Shown: one piece after another, positions 20,766 to 29,400 of the stretch
How the letters are laid out: each line of letters starts with the position of its first letter
How positions within the stretch are numbered: position 1 is the stretch's first letter
Origin: a virus
Reading direction: 5' to 3' (one strand)
Length of the DNA: 64,000 bases
Virus record (IMG/VR): IMGVR_UViG_3300037461_001096
Location: 75,068-139,067 of that record
Position numbers and translations under genes: made by a program
The notes under the pieces: generated by a model
Told to the model about the DNA's origin: nothing
Database searches by the model: none
Seen by the model: the letters and a program-made list of their open reading frames with translations, nothing else

Positions 20766-23326
20766 TGAGTGAGTCTCCTGGAATTTATAAGATTTCCACG
20801 TGTCCTATAAATTGACACACATCCTGAACTTGATGTTGGTAAAACCGAAATTGACGACAACGAATCCGTCCCATAGGTTGTAAACAATGCAAGGACCAAA
20901 GTTCCTGGTCGGATTTGATTTGTATCCGTTGACACAACTTCCATAAGTGCTGGGTAAACAGCACGATGAGGAAAATCTGAACCCATGTCTTCAATACCTC
21001 TAAACTCCACCACGTCGTTTACACCAATCCGGGGCCAGAAGTACCTTCCATCACTGTCAACAACTGTGTCCCCAACATTCCGAAGTAAAACTTCACTATT
21101 TTTCAGATAGGTAAATTTTGAGGGAACATAAGCAAAACCGCTGTTAACCGGTGCAGAGTCTGGCATGATTACACCAACAGGACTGCTTCCAACACTCCCC
21201 TCTCCATCACCATTAGCCATTGGAATTTGACTAATTCCGTTTAAATCCCAGTCAGGAGTGTCAGGACTTGCCGACGATCCTGTCACCATTAGCATATGCG
21301 GAGATATGGCTCTAAGTCGAAGTTTCATTTGGTAAGTTCCGCTGGGAACTTCCACTGACTGATTGGCTCTAGCAGTATAAAAGACGTCATACCAAGTTCC
21401 GGGTCCAGCTGGTAGGGGAGGGGACGGAATAAGCTGAGTGTATGTAACATTTACGACTGTGTTTGCCGGAACTGTATGAGACAGTTGAATTTTTGTATAT
21501 GTAGTATTGATAGTGTAGTTTGTTGTTCCATATGATGGATTAATTCCATCATCTATTGTAACTGAACCGGACAGTCGATTAGGCAACATGACATAGTCAC
21601 CAGTCGATGAGGCAAACACGTTGTCTGACTCCGATTCACAAAGAAGAGATAGAGACAACTCCCTATGGAACCACTGTATCGACCATAGAGAACTATCCAA
21701 AAGAAGTCGTGATAAATCTGGGAGAGCCTCAACATAAGCCGGATCAATCCATGCATCCAACGATTCAGGCATCCATACCTGTCCGTCTTCCACGGGTGTT
21801 CTCTCGAGCCCACAGTCCCCTGGGTACCCGATCGCTAATTCAACATAGGCATACACATCTCCGGACGCGGATATGTCTGTGAAATTTATTGTGACTTCAT
21901 CAGAACTCAAGTCGATAACATCTGCATAAATTACTCCATTCGTTGGGTCAAGCCCATCCACTTCTTGGGTTGAATTTACCGTCAGTCTAAGTTTTCTGAC
22001 TTCTAGAAATTTAGTCCCTGAAGGAACTAATGATGATAAATCGACTGAGGATCCATACCAAACAATAGGCATGTCATCCATGCCTATAACTACTGTTGAA
22101 TAAGGGGACATGACCTGCTTTTTGCAAACAATTGTCTCGGTCACAGCGCGATCAGAAAACAAACGCCTGACGCCGTCTGGTGTTTGACGTCCTGACGGAG
22201 CTAGCGTATTGTGAACAAATACTGAGGTTCCGCCGCAATTGCTTGGCGAAAGAATTTCTGATTGAGTCGCTAGCTGGTTTTGAATCAGATAATTGAAATT
22301 TCGAGTAAGAGCTTCTTGAAAATTACTGGTCGCGGCTTTACGTAAATCTTTCACATCTTTATCAACGATTTGGTCAGCAAATAGCCCATCAGGCCTGTCA
22401 GATGTTCCGACTGCTATTAAGACTCCACCGTTTAAATTTATGCTTCTATCAAATCCATCACTGTTTCGTCTATATACCGCGCACAATGGGATAGCATACA
22501 CATAACCGTCAACTGTTCCAAGGTCAGAGGCCGACGTAGAATCACCGTCTCCAGCTCTCCATAAACCCGGATCCCCAGTGACTCTCTCGTATGGGTATGA
22601 CGTAGAATCACCGTCAACATCGCTACTATTCAAGTATGGAACTGTGTTGGCCATAACGCCATCTGGCGCTTCTGGATAAGTTCCTTCTATACTTCCCCAT
22701 GAAATTACCCTGTACCTATATTGGATCTGAACTCGAGCTTGAGTTTCATCAAGATACGTCGGATCGATTAAGTCGTCAACAAGATTCCTGTTTCCAACGG
22801 AGTCTGGGGCTTTTGCGTTACCATGCCGTAGAATTTGTCCGGATACGCTTTTGTTATCCCCAGACCCAGCTGTAACCAAAGCCCTCCAAACTTCGAGTAT
22901 CACAAGTTCTGAATCTCTACCGGTTGAAGGAGGCCCAGATAGCTGGATTTTATTCCAACCATTAGTTTCAGTGTCAGAATATTCAAATCTGACACTCCAT
23001 CCATTTACAACCAAATCGGATGCGGCCATCATGAACGCATTTTCATATCCAGGACTTATGGAGAACATGAAGTCTGGGCCGACAGCCGAATACTCGTAAA
23101 AATCCCCACTTAAAAAACCAGACGGGACTGTTTGACGCACATGCTGGCCGAGGCCATAAGCTGAAGTAATCTCATTCTGAAGATTTAACTCCCAGTCATT
23201 AACTGGTTTATTGAACTGGAATACGACTCCTTCCCAAGAATGATCTTCAGCCGTGTAAGCACCGGCTCCGGCAACAATGGTCTGTGGGTTTTGGCTTACA
23301 CCTGGGCCAAGCTGTTTATATGCCAT
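20762..23326 (-). CDS. Virion structural protein, paralog of the 1578-aa protein
   Basis: Shared LGPGVS, LEVW, RVQIQYR, GDPGLWRAG, GTVDGYVYAIPLC, RPDGLFADQ blocks. Confidence 0.75.
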   Translation of the reverse strand: MAYKQLGPGVSQNPQTIVAGAGAYTAEDHSWEGVVFQFNKPVNDWELNLQNEITSAYGLGQHVRQTVPSGFLSGDFYEYSAVGPDFMFSISPGYENAFMMAASDLVVNGWSVRFEYSDTETNGWNKIQLSGPPSTGRDSELVILEVWRALVTAGSGDNKSVSGQILRHGNAKAPDSVGNRNLVDDLIDPTYLDETQARVQIQYRYRVISWGSIEGTYPEAPDGVMANTVPYLNSSDVDGDSTSYPYERVTGDPGLWRAGDGDSTSASDLGTVDGYVYAIPLCAVYRRNSDGFDRSINLNGGVLIAVGTSDRPDGLFADQIVDKDVKDLRKAATSNFQEALTRNFNYLIQNQLATQSEILSPSNCGGTSVFVHNTLAPSGRQTPDGVRRLFSDRAVTETIVCKKQVMSPYSTVVIGMDDMPIVWYGSSVDLSSLVPSGTKFLEVRKLRLTVNSTQEVDGLDPTNGVIYADVIDLSSDEVTINFTDISASGDVYAYVELAIGYPGDCGLERTPVEDGQVWMPESLDAWIDPAYVEALPDLSRLLLDSSLWSIQWFHRELSLSLLCESESDNVFASSTGDYVMLPNRLSGSVTIDDGINPSYGTTNYTINTTYTKIQLSHTVPANTVVNVTYTQLIPSPPLPAGPGTWYDVFYTARANQSVEVPSGTYQMKLRLRAISPHMLMVTGSSASPDTPDWDLNGISQIPMANGDGEGSVGSSPVGVIMPDSAPVNSGFAYVPSKFTYLKNSEVLLRNVGDTVVDSDGRYFWPRIGVNDVVEFRGIEDMGSDFPHRAVYPALMEVVSTDTNQIRPGTLVLALFTTYGTDSLSSISVLPTSSSGCVSIYRTRGNLINSRRLTQ

Positions 23327-23329
23327 TTC

Positions 23330-25400
23330 TCAGATCGATCCAATAAGAGGGTTGTGGATTGTTTCAACAATACCGGTGTAAATTAACATATGCAACAAAT
23401 AAATTTGGAGATAATAAGATGGACCTGACCTGTGCTGCTAACATTGATGAATGCCTAATAAGATTTCATATTTTCCAAACGTCTACGCCTGAGTTATTTG
23501 GTTATATTTACGTTTAGATGGACTTGCAAATAAAACAAATTTCTTTTTTTCTTTACCCCAAACTTTAGTATAATTATTTTCCTCTGCGTATTGACGTTCA
23601 GTTCTTCCCATTTTTACAGCGTGATTATATAAAGTTTTCTTGTGTAAAACAAACCCTTGATCGTTGACATAGCAATAATCAGGTTGCACAGTTCCGATAC
23701 ATAGCCAATTTGAGACTGAGTATATAGTTCCGATATGACCATATGTCATATCGGCAAATGATACAAAAGCTTTTATGTTAGTAAAGCTAGATGATGCCAG
23801 CTTCACCGCTCTACAAATAAACCACGAAGCAAGATTCTTTTTATGGAAATTTGGATGAATACAAAATCTGTCTAGCTCAAGCAATGAGTTTGGTTCCATT
23901 TCCATAGAAGTAGCCACTTCTTTACGTATAATTGGAGTAAACTTACATACAGCAATGAGTTCATTGTCCAAAAACGCGCCATATGAAATTTTATTGTGTC
24001 TACCAAACCCAGCATAATGGTAAGCATTTAGAAAATTTGCAGCCTCTTTTGATTCCAATGATCGAATGCTGAGTTGAGAAAAAGAAAATGAAACTGGTTC
24101 AATAACTGGTATATCACCAGTTATAAAATTTTTTATCTTATCTGCTACACATTCCGGATTTATGAAATCACGTTCAAGTAAGTATAACAACCTTGCCTGT
24201 GGTTTAGACCTTTCTAGATAGGCAAGTTTAGCCGAATCACGAGATTGTCTACCCGGTAAAGAGTGCCAGTACTCACCTTGACATTCTATGAATATATCTA
24301 AATCTGGTAAAACAAAATCAAATATCCATGGACCAGTTGGAACTTGACTTTGATAATTCAATTGCATGGCACTCAATATTGTAGCGGTGATTTTCTCTAA
24401 AGATGATAAACGACGAATTTGCATAGAACGGTGTATGCCCATTTTATGCTGATATTTAGGGTCAAGCCACATTTCTTTGCTTTGACATGAACGTGTGTGC
24501 CTATATGCTGGATCATGCCACAATTTACAAATTGATTCAATCATACGGCGTTTGTACTCTGCATCTTGCCATCTTGCTTTAGCTGCAGCAGATGCTTTCG
24601 CCCTGTACTCAGGTTGCTTCCACTTTTCAGTAATTATGGCCGCCAGTTGTTGGCGATATTCAGGGCTTGCCCACATCTTTTCATATTTGGCTCTAAAATC
24701 TGGGTTCAGCCACAGTTTACTTTGTGCTAACTTGCTCGCTTGTCGACGTTCTGGTGTCCAGGTTTCACGTTGTTTAATTGACTGGTTTAACCTGTAAGCC
24801 GGGTCTAGCCATTTGGCTGTCATTGCAGCAGAAATTGCGGACCGGCGTGCTGGGTCAGCCATAACAGTAGTTTGAATAGCTGCTGCTTTGAGTCGAAATT
24901 CTGGTGTTTTGAAATCTGCTTGAGCTTGTCTAAACTCAGGCTTACGCCAAAGTTCAAGTTTGGCTTCTCTTTGTTTCTCTGCGTATTGAGGATCTTCCCA
25001 TAGTTGTTTACTAGTTTTAGACAGCTGCTCCCGCCTGGCGGGAGTTTGTGCTCGCAAACATCTCTCAATATGTTTGCGAGCAAATTCTGTATCCTTCCAT
25101 AAATTCTTGCGAATGGTAATCTGCTGTTCACGAAATTGTTCATTTTGCCACATGGACTTATAAAATGAACGTTTTTCTTCAGTCCACGACCGTTTAACAA
25201 CGCATGAATTACATATAACAACACCTTGCTTTCGTAAGCGTGCCTTCAGGTTGATTATTTTTATATGTAATTCACAGCCACAGTCTACACATGTAGACAC
25301 CACCATTGACGCATTGTTTATTGGCTGTCCGTATCTATTAGTAGTTTTAGTTAAGTCCAATGAAGGTAGTAATATACTAATATCAGATCGCATCCCAATA
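23330..25400 (-). mobile_element. Putative inserted nuclease/Mom-like cassette B flanked by imperfect 16/18-bp direct repeats
   Basis: TCAGATCGATCCAATA (23330..23345) vs TCAGATCGCATCCCAATA (25383..25400); non-structural gene inside the tail gene cluster. Confidence 0.45.
23483..25393 (-). CDS. Trp-helical-repeat + PD-(D/E)xK endonuclease + Mom-like GNAT domain protein
   Basis: N-terminal CVDC/CNSC, about 14 W-x-[DN]-P-x-[YF]-R repeats, FDFVLPDLDIFIECQGEYWHS, then YHYAG..ELDRFC..NLASWFI..VSFADMTYGHIGTIYSVSNW. Confidence 0.85.
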   Translation of the reverse strand: MRSDISILLPSLDLTKTTNRYGQPINNASMVVSTCVDCGCELHIKIINLKARLRKQGVVICNSCVVKRSWTEEKRSFYKSMWQNEQFREQQITIRKNLWKDTEFARKHIERCLRAQTPARREQLSKTSKQLWEDPQYAEKQREAKLELWRKPEFRQAQADFKTPEFRLKAAAIQTTVMADPARRSAISAAMTAKWLDPAYRLNQSIKQRETWTPERRQASKLAQSKLWLNPDFRAKYEKMWASPEYRQQLAAIITEKWKQPEYRAKASAAAKARWQDAEYKRRMIESICKLWHDPAYRHTRSCQSKEMWLDPKYQHKMGIHRSMQIRRLSSLEKITATILSAMQLNYQSQVPTGPWIFDFVLPDLDIFIECQGEYWHSLPGRQSRDSAKLAYLERSKPQARLLYLLERDFINPECVADKIKNFITGDIPVIEPVSFSFSQLSIRSLESKEAANFLNAYHYAGFGRHNKISYGAFLDNELIAVCKFTPIIRKEVATSMEMEPNSLLELDRFCIHPNFHKKNLASWFICRAVKLASSSFTNIKAFVSFADMTYGHIGTIYSVSNWLCIGTVQPDYCYVNDQGFVLHKKTLYNHAVKMGRTERQYAEENNYTKVWGKEKKKFVLFASPSKRKYNQITQA

Positions 25401-25407
25401 CATTACA

Positions 25408-26070
25408 TTAAGTGGTCAAGCGCCACGTCCATGATAACGTGCTACTGGGTGGTTTGTTTATTGAAGGAAATGTTACATAGTTCACCAGGATATCTTTCCC
25501 GGTTACGTCAACAGTTGGATCGTACGTTCCATTTGGAGGTAAAATTGGATTCCGGAGTGCCATATTCGTATCAATATCACCACCAAGTAAACCCATTTCC
25601 GTGATGGCCCCAACTGCCTCAGATTCGGTGAAAGTGGTTGTGAAATCAACAATGTGTGTTCGAACTCCAGAAATTGACCCTCCAGCATCGATGAAATTTG
25701 TTGACGCAATGGCCTTTCTTCCTAATTCATTATATAATGAGCGTTGTGCAGAATTAGCTGGGGGTGGATTCATTGGGTCCCATGAAATATCCCCGGTCCC
25801 AACAGCTAGGGCGTATACACCAAAATTCGGAATGCATTGATTTGGCGTCGCCGTTCCAGTCCCCTTCAAAAATGTGGCTAGAAGAATTCCGGCGTCCAGA
25901 GTCACAACATTTTTGTGATGACCGCGAGTCTCCTCTCCAGTTTCCGAGTTCCTAAGGACCCAAAAAACCTCGCCATTCAAATATCGCCGTGGATATTTAT
26001 CAACAGAAAGACTCGACAAAGCAAACCTGGTGGGTCTGTCTTTTGCTCTCTTGAAGACTTCTCGGATCAT
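25408..26070 (-). CDS. Tail-collar/fibre-attachment-like baseplate protein
   Basis: KNVVT..LAVGTG..LYNELGRK..FTESEAVGAITEMGLLGG pattern typical of tail-collar fibre N-terminal domains. Confidence 0.65.
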   Translation of the reverse strand: MIREVFKRAKDRPTRFALSSLSVDKYPRRYLNGEVFWVLRNSETGEETRGHHKNVVTLDAGILLATFLKGTGTATPNQCIPNFGVYALAVGTGDISWDPMNPPPANSAQRSLYNELGRKAIASTNFIDAGGSISGVRTHIVDFTTTFTESEAVGAITEMGLLGGDIDTNMALRNPILPPNGTYDPTVDVTGKDILVNYVTFPSINKPPSSTLSWTWRLTT

Positions 26071-26079
26071 CTTGAGCTC

Positions 26080-26481
26080 CTAGACAAGAACAATTTGCGT
26101 CTCCATTGTACCAGTATCGGTAAGTATGCCGCGAATAGCGTACCCTGTCTTGTTATTTGTAAGGCCAAACCAGCTGCTATTCAGCACGGGTTTATATGAG
26201 GTGGAAAAATCTGGTGGCCAAGCCCTTCCAGAGGGTGAAGCCGGTTCAGGACCGAGAACAAATGGACGCAGCCCATTTTTGACAGATGGGCTGCGATATC
26301 TATTAGCTGTGTAAGAAACAATTGAAACTGATGAAACGTCTATCTGAACACCGTTATTTGGTCTAACGGCCGGTGAGAAAAAAACAAATCCTGGGGTTGT
26401 ATCAGCTGATACAGCAGGCGTAGACGGCAGCAAACGGAATTTCAGTATTGATACAGGATTGCCGAACCGTTCAGTACTCAT
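26080..26481 (-). CDS. Hypothetical protein (structural cluster)
   Basis: 133-aa ORF with ATGA overlap to the upstream gene. Confidence 0.65.
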   Translation of the reverse strand: MSTERFGNPVSILKFRLLPSTPAVSADTTPGFVFFSPAVRPNNGVQIDVSSVSIVSYTANRYRSPSVKNGLRPFVLGPEPASPSGRAWPPDFSTSYKPVLNSSWFGLTNNKTGYAIRGILTDTGTMETQIVLV

Positions 26482-29400
26482 GGGTCCTCGATAACCGACA
26501 GTCGCAGTGTTTGATCTGCTTCATCGTATACTAAATTATACGTGTGAAATTCTCCATCATCCCAGTTAAATGAAATCTTATCCAACACAGTTCCAGATAC
26601 CATATCTTGTAGTTTAACATATTTATACGATCCGCCATCCCCCCACCCAATAGCAGCAACAAAACCCGGGGCACCCTCATTATTTGCAGCACAACACACC
26701 CCAACAAAGATCCCAGAATCTTCTCCATCAAGAATTCCTGTTGCATTAATTCTAATTCTGGTGGTTACATTGAACCCAGTGGATGGGAGTACCGGGTACC
26801 CGGCTTTACTTGCGTACATTGTTTTGGATGACCCGGAAACGCCATATCGTAGAAAATCTTCCCCACCAATTTCCATCTGAGATATTGTTACTTGGGATGG
26901 GTCATCTGATGTCACAAACCATGAGGAATGATGCGGGATCTCGAACCCGAGTTTATATAATGCGGTTCCACCGTTAACTAAAATTGACGAAGCCGTGCCA
27001 GAAGTCGGACTTGTCAGTCTGATTTCGGTTCCAGTAACATATGCCAGACTTGGAACAAAGCTGTTAATTCTAGAAACAACTGCTGAAACACTGGTGTCTG
27101 ATGAGTCAAAAACTACTTTTACAGGAGGAGTGTGGTCAACCTCCAAAATGAGCGTATCCTCGTCAACAATCAACGCAGCGTTTGCACCTTCACTAACAAG
27201 GGTTGCTTTTTCTGGTAGAAGCGTTCCATCGTATAGCAAGGATTTGTTCGACTGATTTTGGATAGATCCGATATGCCACGTCTCCCCATCTGAAAATGGA
27301 CTAACCAAACCTTCTGTTCCTGTTTCTTCCTTCCAAAATTTCATTCCTTCGTACAAGATGCCATCTGGAGGTTCAATTCTGATCAATGCCGCTGATCCAT
27401 GAACCCCGGATTGATCCCTATGGTTATCATAACAAAGTTTGATCTGATTCAGAAGATCAGTGCCTGACTCCAAATCTGTTGCATCAGCTATAGTGACAAC
27501 ATTAACCGAATCATTTGAAACATGAACATTGCAAGTGCGTAGAATAGATGTTCTATGCGCATTGAAATGCACCTTGAGCTCGTTTGCAAGCACAATCAAA
27601 GTAGAAAGATCGGTTGCATCTTCTGACGTAACTATATTTTGTTCATCGATTTCAACATGGGAAATCTTATAAACAAGGTGGGCGTTCAATTTAGCTTTAA
27701 TATCGTTAGCCAAATTGATTGCCATGTTCAATTGATATGGAATAAGATCTTGATCTATCACATCTTCTTTTTCTTTTGTTGTTGAGTCTCGAGCGATAAC
27801 TGGATGCACATAATAACCGGCAATATGTGCATTATACATTGCTTTAACATCATTCACCAAAGAGCAGCAACTGGGAACGTCATAAGCTGTTCCCTTTGTA
27901 ACAAGGTTATACTGGTCGTCGAATTGATGAGTTTCCGAAGCTGTTATGTGTTGATTAAACAGAGACTTCAGTTCATTTGCCAACGAAACAATGTATGAAA
28001 CATTGAGGGTAACTGAGTATTTGGCAGTTTTTCCATGCCACTTGTCTGAAGCTGCATGAAGTGCGAATTTACCCTTCAGGCTATTAAGCAAAACTTGACA
28101 TGAAGTCAAATCAGACGCGTCAGGATTTGTTTCAAGATTTGTGTCAAAATATGGCGCAGCGTCTGGAATGAAATGGAAGCATCCCTTATCCAGATGCTGG
28201 TTGTACTTAACAAGTATCTCATTTGCAAGATCTGTGCAGGTTGAAACATCCACGGGATCTGGAGAAGTTAAAACAGTCAGCAAATCTTTGGGATCATGAT
28301 ATAACCCAACCGTGCTGGTGACATGTGCATTAAATACTGACTTAAACTCGGTTAATCTATTTACAAGGGTTGTCAAATCGGTTGCATCAGGTGTAGTTAT
28401 AACATTGACCGTATCGTTTGATATATGAACATCTCCAATAAGTGGAATATTTCTGACTCTATGCGATTCATACAGTGACCCAGAGTCGTTGGCTGCTGCC
28501 AACAGCAAACCGAGTATTGAAGTATACCCCGAGGCGTTCGGTACCACAGTATAATTCACAAGATCGTTTTCATAACCTCCTAAAAAGCCATTCGTATTCA
28601 TGAAGTTATCGGCTGAAATTGTTCCGGCCGCAGTAACTCTCTTAATAAATCCTCCTTGTGATTCTAAATCCTGAGACATTGGAACAGGAGGCACTCCCTC
28701 CCCAAGAATCGTAAACGCTGGAACTGATATGTCTGACATAAAGTCATCTTCTGGAGTCCCACCGGAGTAAACTGAAAAGCCATAATGTGGATGACTAACT
28801 TGAGTTTCGATATGCTCTGGGGAGGCCATAACATTGGCCCGGTTCAAAGTATGATGGGACGGAACAAGTCTATCAGTCAAAGTAAGCTTTCCTAGCGAAT
28901 AATTTAAAAGCGACCACTTTCCTCTGCTAATCTCTGTCGGGTCTAAGGCCCCCCACGCGATCACCGACCTTCCATTGGAAATATTTTTTAAAAAACTAGA
29001 TGAAGTTGGCGGAAGGGTAATTGGGTTGTAACTCATCGAAATAGACGGGACACTAGACCCGTTTATATAGACAGCTACAGATCCAACTGGATCTCGTACA
29101 ATTCTATATGTTGTCGGAATTGTCCAGTCCAAATTCGAAACAGCCCACGATCCGAAAAGTGTTGGGTCCCCTCCTTTATAAATGCCAACATACATATTAT
29201 TCGTGTATGCAGGGATAGCAAGCTTGCTATCCCGAAACACAGCAACTGAACTCCAATCTGTGACTGACATGGACGTTTTCATATCCACATTTGATACGGC
29301 TTCTCCGCCCGATCCAAACACAATTGATGGCGTTCCACTAGATGCAGAGCCAAGTGCTGAATACGTTGGGGTTCCAGCAGAAGGAGATAGTATGGAACCA

